Below, in pieces: positions 1 to 8,330 of a DNA stretch of 64,000 bases. The notes under the pieces were generated by a model. It worked only from the letters and a program-made list of their open reading frames with translations, searched no databases and was not told the DNA's origin. A program made the position numbers and the translations under genes. The first letter of the stretch is position 1. Each line of letters opens with the position of its first letter. This DNA is from Candidatus Gastranaerophilales bacterium (GTDB lineage Bacteria; Cyanobacteriota; Vampirovibrionia; Gastranaerophilales; Gastranaerophilaceae). Location: positions 5,292-69,291 of the forward strand of contig CALVCQ010000006.1 in NCBI GenBank assembly GCA_944326115.1. Direction: 5' to 3'.

Positions 1-249
1 GATAGCTTTTTTAATCAATACAGCAGCCGGAGGGCTTTTGATGATGAAAGAAAAGCTTCTGTCTTCATATACATCAATAATTACAGGGATGATATAACCT
101 GCCTGAGATTCTGTTTTTGCATTAAATTGTTTACAGAAATCCATGATGTTTACACCGTGCTGACCTAAAGCAGGACCAACCGGCGGTGAAGGATTTGCCT
201 TACCTGCTTCGATTTGAAGCTTAATTTTTCCTACTACTTTTTTTGCCAT
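1..249 (-). CDS. rplK: 50S ribosomal protein L11, N-terminal part (gene runs off the window start)
   Basis: Reverse translation from ATG at 249 gives [46 protein letters not shown]..., the canonical L11 N-terminus. Lies directly downstream of nusG as in the conserved cluster. Absent from ORF track because it is truncated. Confidence 0.93.
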   Translation of the reverse strand, partial: MAKKVVGKIKLQIEAGKANPSPPVGPALGQHGVNIMDFCKQFNAKTESQAGYIIPVIIDVYEDRSFSFIIKSPPAAVLIKKAI

Positions 250-376
250 TTTATTCTCCTTTCGTGGTCTGGCGGGGTGTTAGTCCCTTCCACTGTTTTT
301 ACTGTCCGCCTGTGCAACAACTCATTGCATTGTTCCTTGTTTTGTATTTAACAATGGCGGGTGGAACTTTTTATTT

Positions 377-1054
377 TTATACTTTTTGAATTTGTTTGTA
401 TTCGAGCTCTACGGGAGTTTCACGTCCAAATATCGAAACTGTGGCTCTGAGTTTTGATTTGTCCGGATAAACTTCTGTAATATCACCGATAAAGTCTGCA
501 AACGGACCTGAAATGATTCTGACTTTATCACCGACTTTAACGTCAAGTTCAATTTTAGTTGTTTGATTTTGAACTCTGTGGATGATTTTCTTGATCTCTG
601 AATCTTTAGCCGGAATAGGTTTCTTAGATGTTCCGACAAATTTTGTAACACCGGCTGTGTGTCTTACAACATACCAGCTGTCATCATCCATAATCATTTC
701 AACAAGAACATAACCGGGGAAGATTTTTTCTTCACGGTCTTGTTTTTTGCCGTCTTTTACTTTTGTTATAGTTTTTTGAGGAACTTCAACACGGAAGATT
801 TTATCCCCCATATTCATATATTCGATACGTTTTTCAAGGTTTACTTTTACTTTATTTTCGTATCCTGAATATGTATGAACAATGTACCACTTTTTTTGCG
901 GTTCCTTGCTGTGTGAAGCCTGTATATCCGCTTTCAGCTTTGCGTCTTTTTCTTCAACTATCTGATGTTTTTCGTTTTCAAAAACATTGATATCATTTTG
1001 CTGCGCAGTTTCTTCCACATTTACATCGAATTGTTCTTCATTTTTTTCTGTCAT
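377..1054 (-). CDS. nusG: transcription termination/antitermination factor NusG
   Basis: 225-aa ORF with NGN motif KKWYIVHTYSGYENKV and KOW motif GDKVRIISGPFADFIGDI. Located between secE and rplK. About 55 acidic residues precede the NGN domain. Confidence 0.93.
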   Translation of the reverse strand: MTEKNEEQFDVNVEETAQQNDINVFENEKHQIVEEKDAKLKADIQASHSKEPQKKWYIVHTYSGYENKVKVNLEKRIEYMNMGDKIFRVEVPQKTITKVKDGKKQDREEKIFPGYVLVEMIMDDDSWYVVRHTAGVTKFVGTSKKPIPAKDSEIKKIIHRVQNQTTKIELDVKVGDKVRIISGPFADFIGDITEVYPDKSKLRATVSIFGRETPVELEYKQIQKV

Positions 1055-1099
1055 TATTTTAATTCCTGTAATTGAATAATAAATAAATCTTTTTGTGGT

Positions 1100-1333
1100 C
1101 TAATGTATCAAACCTAGCCATTCAAACAGAGTATTGAATATTTTATCAACAGCTAATACACCGATAGTAAAAATAGCAGTTATTATAACAACATAGATTG
1201 TTTCTACAACAACCTGCTGTTTTCCCGGCCATGTTATTTTACCCCATTCAAGCTTTACTGATTTAAAATAAGCAGTTACCGCTTCTTTAAAATTTGCTGT
1301 CTGTTCTGTTTTATTTTTAGTCTGATTAGCCAT
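1100..1333 (-). CDS. secE: preprotein translocase subunit SecE
   Basis: The ORF-track start (1417) would read through tRNA-Trp. The internal ATG at 1333 gives a 77-aa protein, MANQTKNK...WPGKQQVVVETIYVVIITAIFTIGVLAV, with one C-terminal TM helix, in the conserved position upstream of nusG. Confidence 0.85.
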   Translation of the reverse strand: MANQTKNKTEQTANFKEAVTAYFKSVKLEWGKITWPGKQQVVVETIYVVIITAIFTIGVLAVDKIFNTLFEWLGLIH

Positions 1334-1359
1334 TATTTCCCTCTGAGTTTTATTTAAAT

Positions 1360-1432
1360 CGCGCCCTGAAGGACTCGAACCCTCGACATCCGGTTTTGGA
1401 GACCGACGTTCTACCAACTGAACTAAGGACGC
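1360..1432 (-). tRNA. tRNA-Trp (anticodon CCA)
   Basis: Minus-strand sequence GCGTCCTTAGTTCAGTTGGTAGAACGTCGGTCTCCAAAACCGGATGTCGAGGGTTCGAGTCCTTCAGGGCGCG folds by hand into a cloverleaf: 7-bp acceptor, GTTC/GAAC D stem, anticodon loop CTCCAAA, T loop TTCGAGT. CCA is not encoded. Confidence 0.9.
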
Positions 1433-1523
1433 TCTTTAAATATCAAATTGTCAATCCGTCCGTCTGTAGAACCCGATTGGACTACGCACGCTCACCGCCT
1501 GTTTTGCAGATGAACTAAGGACG
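1419..1523. repeat. 13-bp direct repeat (1419-1431 and 1511-1523, period 92 bp) duplicating nt 2-14 of tRNA-Trp around a 79-bp G+C-rich insert
   Basis: tgaactaaggacg occurs at both positions. The copy at 1511-1523 sits 6 nt from the rpmG stop. Confidence 0.9.
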
Positions 1524-1529
1524 TTAAAT

Positions 1530-1697
1530 TTACTTAGTTTCTTTGTGAACTGTATGTTTGTTGCATCTCGGACAATGTTTTTTCAGTTCCAGTCTTTCTT
1601 TTTGCGTTTTTTTGTTTTTAGTAGTTGTGTAGTTTCTTTCTTTGCATTCTTCGCAGGCAAGAACTACCATTTTGTCTACTTTTCCTTTGATTCCCAT
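1530..1697 (-). CDS. rpmG: 50S ribosomal protein L33
   Basis: 55-aa ORF, below the ORF-track length cutoff: [55 protein letters not shown]. It has the L33 CxxC...CxxC and NY.T.KNKK pattern. Position upstream of tRNA-Trp/secE is typical. Confidence 0.9.
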   Translation of the reverse strand: MGIKGKVDKMVVLACEECKERNYTTTKNKKTQKERLELKKHCPRCNKHTVHKETK

Positions 1698-1855
1698 TGT
1701 GTACCTCTTATCTGAATTTTTGTATTATCATCTGTTTTTTTACAAGCAAGATTTATAGAATGCGTCTTTTCCCTCATTCTATTATCCGCACTTATTCAGT
1801 TGTAATAATATATTACAATAAACATGAAATAAGCAAAGTACCAATTTAATATTTC

Positions 1856-2266
1856 TTATAATTTTAATTTTTCATCCAGCATTAAATAATATGAATCCTG
1901 ATTGTTAACAAGGCTTCTTTTGGACAAATAACCAACCCCCAGATTGTATGCAATAAATCCGATATTATAGGTTGCAGAAATAATAACTATCGGGGTTTTC
2001 GAATATTCTTTTATGCTTTTTATTTCTTTTACCAGCCATTCACCGGCAAATTCCGGCTGAAAATCGGTTTCCATCTGCAGGTCTGTAAGTATTAAATCAA
2101 ATGGTTTTTCTTTATTCTTTATAAGAATTTCTTTTGCATCTTTTGCACTGTCAGTTATAACAAAATTCAATACAGCTTTATCATAATTTTTCAACAGTGC
2201 AGCATGAAATTTCTGCCACTCGGGTGTATCTTCCGCTATCAAAATTTTTTTTACATCATTACTCAT
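1856..2266 (-). CDS. single-domain response regulator (CheY-like receiver)
   Basis: 136-aa ORF with acidic pair in KILIAEDT, phospho-acceptor context DLILTDLQM and TPIVIISA. No output domain. Confidence 0.75.
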   Translation of the reverse strand: MSNDVKKILIAEDTPEWQKFHAALLKNYDKAVLNFVITDSAKDAKEILIKNKEKPFDLILTDLQMETDFQPEFAGEWLVKEIKSIKEYSKTPIVIISATYNIGFIAYNLGVGYLSKRSLVNNQDSYYLMLDEKLKL

Positions 2267-2580
2267 AATATTCTTCTACAAACGAAGCCGTCTCAAATAA
2301 TATTATACAAAAGATTGTCTTTCAGGGTAAACAAAATCACTGCTTTTTGCCGATACTTTTATTCATCAAATCTGTAAAGATATTTTTGAATAAAGGTTAA
2401 CAATATGGAAATATTTGAAACACTCAAGAATCTTATCAGAAAAGTAGAAGAAATTGACAGAAAATCAAAAATTCTTTCATCTCAGAATTCTTGTTCTTCT
2501 AACCCTTTTGCATTTCAAAAAAACAAAACATTAGTCTGGATAGATAAAGAAGAAAATATAAATTCCGGCGATATATCTGA

Positions 2581-4611
2581 CTAGAGTTTCAGCCACATTG
2601 CATCATACGGATTCAGTCTTACAGTTAGCTTTTTGTTCTGAGCTTTTGCTCTGACCATTTTATCTGTTAATAAATCTTTCAGGTAAACATCTTTTGCTTT
2701 CTTACCGAAATTATCATTTATAAATACAACGGTTGCTCTCTCTCTGTCAGGAGAAAGGTTGTTTATAACAACAATTCTTTCGCCGTTATACTCTCTTACA
2801 TAAGCAAAAACTTCCGGTGACTCTGTTTTTATTTCCGTAAAAGTACCTCTGGTCATTACAGGATATTGTTTTCTTATTTTTATTAATTTTTGAACCCGTG
2901 CATAAACCTTATGATTGTATGAGTTGGTATTTTTCATTGCATCATAAAAAACTTTTTGCTTTATAGGTCCTCTGTTTATGTCTCTGCTGTCAAAGTAGCT
3001 TAAAAGTTTTGCTTTATTCTTTTTATCAGCTTTTTGTTTTGCTTCTCTTTGTTTTGCAGTTTGTTTTGCATTAGCATAGTTATTAGGCATACCTATTTCA
3101 TCACCGTAGTATATAATAGGGACACCAGGTAATGACAGGAGTATGGAAAATGCCATTCCTATTCTGTCTGGGTCTTTATCAAGAAAACTTGCCAGTCTTC
3201 CGCTTACACCGTAACCTTTTCTGAAGGCTGCTCCTTTGGGTGCAAGTCCGTCAAAGAGTAGTTCTCTCGTTTTTTCATTAACCATTTCGAGAGTAAGTTC
3301 ATCATGTACCCTTAAAAACATTGCCCACGCTGCTGATTCCGGTATTTGAGGTGTGCTTTTGTATGCTTTCCAAAAATAAGAATTGTCAGCGGTCACAAGT
3401 GATGCCCAGATGGCAGGCATATATGGGAAATGGTAGCATATTTGAACTTCATCCGTACGTTTAATTTCCTTTATATTATTTCTTATATTGTGTTCTATTT
3501 TTCTGTCAGTACCGAAATAAGGCAGAATATTTTTGGGCTGCTGGCAGGCTTCTGCCTGTATAACAGAGCGTGGTGCTATAGTCTGCAGGTATGCACTTAA
3601 AAGCTTTATGATATAGTGAGTTTTTGGCTGATTTTCCGCACTTGTCCCCGGGTCTTTACTTAAATAAGGTATAGCATCCATTCTGAATATATCAATACCC
3701 ATATTTGCCCAGAATGTAATTGTATCAAGCATATAATACAATACTTTCGGGTTTTCCCAGTTTACATCAAGCTGAAATGGATAGAATGTATGGTATAAAT
3801 AATAATCTTTGCCTTTTATAGTTACTTTTCTGTAATGATTATCCGTAATTTCCGGAAAAATGAGACGTCTTTTGGAAAGTGTACCGTCTTTTTCTTTATA
3901 TTCCACCATGTACCCGAGTTTTTCATCTTTATACTGGCGGTATTCAGGCATTTCTTCTCGCACTACGAAATAATTGAGTTTGTCCAAATCTCCTTTAAGT
4001 GCCTGTTGAAACCATTCATGCTGGTCTGAAAAGTGATTTAATATAAGGTCAGCTTTTATTTTGAAATCTTTTTCTCTTGCTGCGGTCATAAATTGTGAAA
4101 ACTCTTCCATTCCGCCTAAATCCTGTCTGATATTTTGTGGATTTCTTACATCAAAGCCGGAATCATTCATTGGAGAATCCGCAAAAGGAAGAATATAGAT
4201 AGTTGTGACTCCTAAATCTTTAAGATAATCAAGCATACCTATCAGGGTTTTAAAAGTAGCCGGTTTCCCTGATTCATCCACGCCGAACTGTTCGGGATAA
4301 AACATATAAACGACTTCATCTTTATACCAGTCAGAATCCCTTTTTAAATCATCTTCATAAAGGTCAGGACGTCTTTCAAACTTTGCCTGCTTAATCATCA
4401 GTTCAACATTGCTGTATATTGCATCAACATTTTCTTTGCCGTATATATGGGCAATAGAATCCTTCATTGACAGCTCCAGCTTTTTAGGCACAAGATTTTC
4501 ATAATTAGCTGTTTGTGTTTGCTGAGTTTGATTTTGTGCCAAAGCATACGGGGCTGTATAGCTTGTAATAATCAAAACGGATAATAAAAGGGAAAAGAAT
4601 CGTTTTATCAT
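2581..4611 (-). CDS. GH13 alpha-amylase-family enzyme, trehalose synthase/oligo-1,6-glucosidase-like, with predicted signal peptide
   Basis: 676-aa ORF. N-terminus MIKRFFSLLLSVLIITSYTAPYALA-QN looks like a Sec signal. GH13 regions present: DLILNHFSDQHEWF (I), GIDIFRMDAIPYL (II), IQAEACQQP (III), FLRVHDELTLE (IV). Confidence 0.85.
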   Translation of the reverse strand: MIKRFFSLLLSVLIITSYTAPYALAQNQTQQTQTANYENLVPKKLELSMKDSIAHIYGKENVDAIYSNVELMIKQAKFERRPDLYEDDLKRDSDWYKDEVVYMFYPEQFGVDESGKPATFKTLIGMLDYLKDLGVTTIYILPFADSPMNDSGFDVRNPQNIRQDLGGMEEFSQFMTAAREKDFKIKADLILNHFSDQHEWFQQALKGDLDKLNYFVVREEMPEYRQYKDEKLGYMVEYKEKDGTLSKRRLIFPEITDNHYRKVTIKGKDYYLYHTFYPFQLDVNWENPKVLYYMLDTITFWANMGIDIFRMDAIPYLSKDPGTSAENQPKTHYIIKLLSAYLQTIAPRSVIQAEACQQPKNILPYFGTDRKIEHNIRNNIKEIKRTDEVQICYHFPYMPAIWASLVTADNSYFWKAYKSTPQIPESAAWAMFLRVHDELTLEMVNEKTRELLFDGLAPKGAAFRKGYGVSGRLASFLDKDPDRIGMAFSILLSLPGVPIIYYGDEIGMPNNYANAKQTAKQREAKQKADKKNKAKLLSYFDSRDINRGPIKQKVFYDAMKNTNSYNHKVYARVQKLIKIRKQYPVMTRGTFTEIKTESPEVFAYVREYNGERIVVINNLSPDRERATVVFINDNFGKKAKDVYLKDLLTDKMVRAKAQNKKLTVRLNPYDAMWLKL

Positions 4612-4781
4612 ATAATATATCTTTCGTTATTAATATTTAAACTAGACTAATTATCTTTTTTACAAAACCTTAAGTCAATAACTGTTAAGATATTGTTAAC
4701 TTATTCCTGAACAGGCATGTGCTGTGTCAGGTGCTGTCTGGTTTAATGAAGCCGGAGTAAGTTGACGATTGATATACATAC

Positions 4782-4813
4782 AAAAAAGGAGAACAGTTAT
4801 CTGCTCTCCTTTT
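4782..4813 (-). terminator. rho-independent terminator downstream of the SLH-protein gene
   Basis: Stem aggagaacag / ctgctctcct (one mismatch) with loop ttat. The A-run on the plus strand is a U-run on the minus strand. Lies 19 nt past the stop at 4832. Confidence 0.6.
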
Positions 4814-4831
4814 GCTTATCCGTATGGATGC

Positions 4832-6289
4832 TTAGAAAACAATCTTTAATTCTTCATTCGGATTTAAGCTTGATTCATTTGAATATTTAGGAATAATCAA
4901 GTATCTTACTTCATCAGTTACTTCATAAAGTACACCGAATGTACCGCTTACAAGCAGCTTACAGATATCGTATATGCCGATACCGAGAGTTGCAACGGAT
5001 TTCCCGAGATTGATTGCGCCTGAACCGGGATGTAATGTCAATGTATCAACAAATGCTGTAGACAATTCATCACCGAATTCTTCTAAGCTGTTGCCGACAA
5101 CATCAACACCGGAGCCTGCAGTTCTGCCCACAATGCCTACTACTCTGCCTGCACCGCTGAACGGGAAACCTAATAATCTTGCTAAAATGTTCGGGTTTTT
5201 CAAAGTATCAACCTGTGCTTGCGAGAGATCTTTCGGGAACTCTGCGCAAAGATCACCGTCTTGTATTTTAACGAACTTAACTTTGATATATCCTGGGTTT
5301 TTAATTCCCGGTCTTACAACCTGAACAACTTCGCCTCGTACTTTTGAACCTGCTTTAAAGCACTGTCCGTTAATTGTAACGTCAGAAGTTGTTTCAGCTG
5401 TAAATCTGTCTCCGGCATTAGAATGTCTTGCTGACAATCTGTCGAGAATTTTTACATTCAAAACAACCGGTGCATAATTTTTAATAGCATTAGGTGCATT
5501 CTGGTCTTTTGCTATAGAATTTGAACCTGTCCAGTTTTGTTTTAATGAGCAGATTAAATAAGCAACCTGTTCTTTGGAAAGATATTCTTCAGAATTTACT
5601 TTATCAGGATTCGGAACATCTTTTAACAAATCTGACGCCACAACTTCTTTTGTAGGCGCAATTGCCCATTTAGGAATATTTTGCATTTCTTTTCCGTTAA
5701 ATTCAGGAACAATAAGGCTTCTGTCAGTGGGTACAGAAATAAGCTGCGCTACTGTAGCAAAAACTTCAGCTTTTGTTACAGGCTGGTCTGGTCTGAATTT
5801 ATTATCAGGATAACCAATCATAACACCGCTGTTTAATGCACCGTAAATCCAATCTTTTGCCCAGTAATCAGAAGGGATATCTTTGTACTTATTTGATACG
5901 GATTTATTATTTAAACCAAATTCTTCTGCAAGAATAACAGCGAGTTCAGAACGCAGAACAGGCATTTTGCAATTGAAGTTTGCTGCTTTTTGTTTCTTTT
6001 CAAGAAGATTCATTAATGCATCCACTCTTGAACTTATAATTACCTGATCTTTGTTGACCACACCAAGATGATTTTTCTTTTTGTAAACTTTTCCGCCAAC
6101 AATATAAGTCTCTTTAGCAGTGTTCAACTGTTGAGCCTGTGAGCCAAACATTGTCGGGTGAGCATAAGCTTCCATCTTGTGTGTCGGTTTGTCTTTAGCA
6201 CAATCTTTTGTACAGTCTTTTGCAAATGCACAAGAAGCTGAAACTAATACAACCAGCGTAGAAGCTAATAAGATTTTAAAATTTTTCAT
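4832..6289 (-). CDS. secreted S-layer-homology (SLH) domain protein
   Basis: 485-aa ORF with signal peptide MKNFKILLASTLVVLVSASCAFA. SLH-type segment YKDIPSDYWAKDWIYGALNSGVMIGYPDNKFRPDQPVTKAEVFATVAQLI. C-terminal half not recognised. Confidence 0.75.
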   Translation of the reverse strand: MKNFKILLASTLVVLVSASCAFAKDCTKDCAKDKPTHKMEAYAHPTMFGSQAQQLNTAKETYIVGGKVYKKKNHLGVVNKDQVIISSRVDALMNLLEKKQKAANFNCKMPVLRSELAVILAEEFGLNNKSVSNKYKDIPSDYWAKDWIYGALNSGVMIGYPDNKFRPDQPVTKAEVFATVAQLISVPTDRSLIVPEFNGKEMQNIPKWAIAPTKEVVASDLLKDVPNPDKVNSEEYLSKEQVAYLICSLKQNWTGSNSIAKDQNAPNAIKNYAPVVLNVKILDRLSARHSNAGDRFTAETTSDVTINGQCFKAGSKVRGEVVQVVRPGIKNPGYIKVKFVKIQDGDLCAEFPKDLSQAQVDTLKNPNILARLLGFPFSGAGRVVGIVGRTAGSGVDVVGNSLEEFGDELSTAFVDTLTLHPGSGAINLGKSVATLGIGIYDICKLLVSGTFGVLYEVTDEVRYLIIPKYSNESSLNPNEELKIVF

Positions 6290-6674
6290 AAACTTCTCCT
6301 AATAACTATTCTCATTTTCTATTACAGAAAACCACAATTTATTATCTATTTTTAATCAGATAACGTCAAGCCCTTAAGAGTATTTTTAACAAATAAAAGT
6401 TTTTCATATTGTCAACTGACTCCGACTACTTGTTGAACCTGTGCAATAAGCAAGTTCAATATTTAACAATAAGTCCGGCACAGTCAACAAGCGCATGGGG
6501 TCTACCTCTCAGAAACAATACTTAATTGTTTCTTCGGCAGAGTCGTAAAATGCTAGACTCGGCGCCACTCGCACTCCGTGTACCACTCCTACAAGCGAGG
6601 TCCCACTCAGACAATTTTTATACAAAAAATAAAAAAATAAGCTAAGTTATTGATATAAAGGAGACTTTAAAATT

Positions 6675-7565
6675 ATGTATACAGTAGGATGTGCAATAAA
6701 AGATACAGATAAATTAAAAATATTCGGCGAAAATGATACGTTTAATATTTTTTCCATACTAAAGTCTGTAAAAAATTATGAATCGATATTTTACAATACA
6801 AATGCAGTATATACAAAAGAGCATGAAACTCCTCTGGATAACGGATTAAAACGTGGTTTAAAGAAAATAAAACTTTTAACAATAGATAAAGCAGAACTCG
6901 ATGTCTGGGATATAAATCCGTTGAAAAGTGAAAAGTACATTATATTCTGTCATGGAATTTGCAGTGAAAAGAGCAATTTGTTGCAGCAAAAAGTTTATAT
7001 GAAATTTATAAAAGCAGGTTATGGAGTAATAGCCTTTGATTACAGAGGAAGAGGCAAAAGCAGCGGGATATTTTCCCGTAAAGGTGCAATAACGGATGTT
7101 GAAACAATTTATCAACATTTACTTAATAAAAGAATTAAGCTGCAAAATACAGGTATAGTAGGACATTCTATGGGAAGTGCAGTAGCTGCGGATTTCAGTG
7201 CAGCAAATAGTGTTGCATTTACTGTTCTTATAAATCCTTTCTCTACAGCCACTGATATGCTCAAAGAAATAGCAAAAAAAACGAATATGCCGGAACTTGT
7301 TCAAAAAATTATACAAAAACTCCCGTCTTTTCTGTTTCCTTTAAATAATAAATTTGACAATATAAAAGCTTTGAGAAAAATTAAATCTCCGGTTTGTATA
7401 ATACATACGAAAGAGGATTCTGATATACCGGTTAAACTTGCCCGTAAACTCTGCAAAAAATCAAATAATAAAAAACTTAAGTATATTGAACTTGACGGGG
7501 GCGACCATGAAATTAATGATGAAAAAACAGACTGCTGTATTCAATTTATTAAACAAATCCTATAA
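6675..7565 (+). CDS. alpha/beta-fold hydrolase
   Basis: 296-aa ORF with FDYRGRGKSSG, nucleophile elbow GHSMGS and C-terminal GGDHE, consistent with a Ser-Asp-His triad. Confidence 0.75.
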   Translation: MYTVGCAIKDTDKLKIFGENDTFNIFSILKSVKNYESIFYNTNAVYTKEHETPLDNGLKRGLKKIKLLTIDKAELDVWDINPLKSEKYIIFCHGICSEKSNLLQQKVYMKFIKAGYGVIAFDYRGRGKSSGIFSRKGAITDVETIYQHLLNKRIKLQNTGIVGHSMGSAVAADFSAANSVAFTVLINPFSTATDMLKEIAKKTNMPELVQKIIQKLPSFLFPLNNKFDNIKALRKIKSPVCIIHTKEDSDIPVKLARKLCKKSNNKKLKYIELDGGDHEINDEKTDCCIQFIKQIL

Positions 7566-7587
7566 AATAGAACAACTTTAAATTTTA

Positions 7588-7631
7588 AAAAACAAAATTG
7601 TTACAAACTTAACAGTTTTGTTTTTTTTTTA
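7588..7631 (+). terminator. rho-independent terminator after the hydrolase gene
   Basis: Stem acaaaattgtt / aacagttttgt (one mismatch) followed by a run of about 10 T. Confidence 0.6.
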
Positions 7632-7652
7632 TTAATAAATTAAACTTGAGTC

Positions 7653-8330
7653 ATGGATATTTTGGATAGAAATTTTAATGATCTTTGTGAAGTATCCAAG
7701 ATTAGATTTTTTATAGCATCGGATTTAAAAAAATCTAATCTTGAAAATATTTATTCCTCTTATTGGCTAGATATGGAAAATCGTTATTTGGATGCATCAC
7801 AAAGAGTAAAAGAAAATTTGTTTGAAAAGTTTTTGGTTGATTATTTAACTATTCAAAGAAATGCGGTTATTCCGCAAAAAGACAGTTTATTTACTGAATT
7901 TATAGATTTTTATAAGAATATTTCTAAATTCCAAACAAAAGAAATAATAATAAAAAATATTTTCCGGTATTCAATGTATTATTTGCGGATTTATTTTGCA
8001 GATTTAAGGGATGATGATATAAGAAAAAAAATAAAGCTGATAAATGCACTCCGGGCATACGACTCATATCCATTTTTAATGGAAGTTTTTGAGGATTACG
8101 AGTTCGCTCATATTAATAAAGCAATGCTTCTGGAGATATTAGATACCGTATTGCATTTTATTGATGAAAGAAATTCTAAAAAACCATCTCAAATTGCATT
8201 GACATTTGCAGGATTGAGTAATGAAATTAACAAAATGCTTATATTAAAGAATTACACTCCGAGATTTGTTATTGATGAAGAGGAAATTTCAAACAAATCG
8301 GAAACTATAAATTCCATTACAGCAGTTTAA
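7653..8330 (+). CDS. hypothetical protein resembling only the central part of DUF262 (GmrSD/DndB-like) proteins; possibly a truncated remnant
   Basis: 225-aa ORF. SKIRFFIASDLKKSNLENIYSSYWLDME resembles, from memory, the ...DLIRNFLL...LY..YW..IE stretch of DUF262 proteins. No DGQQR-type N-terminal part and no His-Me C-terminal part. The ORF starts right after a terminator. Confidence 0.45.
   Translation: MDILDRNFNDLCEVSKIRFFIASDLKKSNLENIYSSYWLDMENRYLDASQRVKENLFEKFLVDYLTIQRNAVIPQKDSLFTEFIDFYKNISKFQTKEIIIKNIFRYSMYYLRIYFADLRDDDIRKKIKLINALRAYDSYPFLMEVFEDYEFAHINKAMLLEILDTVLHFIDERNSKKPSQIALTFAGLSNEINKMLILKNYTPRFVIDEEEISNKSETINSITAV

Noticed and set aside
1100-1417. 105-aa version of the secE ORF given in the ORF track
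   Set aside because: Its first 28 codons run through the tRNA-Trp gene (1360-1432). The internal ATG at 1333 gives a normal-length SecE.
1432-1510. The tRNA-flanking inserts as ordinary pseudo-tRNAs (this one and 19677-19780)
   Set aside because: I could not build D or T arms. In the Gln insert, CATTC-CTGTAAG-GAATG looks like an anticodon arm (GTA), but no acceptor or T arm surrounds it at tRNA spacing. They are kept as an open question in the findings rather than annotated as tRNA pseudogenes.
2405-2584. 59-aa plus-strand ORF (MEIFETLKNLIRKVEEIDRK...) between the response regulator and GH13 genes
   Set aside because: It has only a weak AAGG upstream and no motif, and its stop overlaps the GH13 stop. 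Too little support to call, although a small protein cannot be excluded.
4974-5324. 116-aa plus-strand ORF, together with 5574-5813
   Set aside because: Antisense to the SLH-protein gene, which has a signal peptide and an SLH motif.
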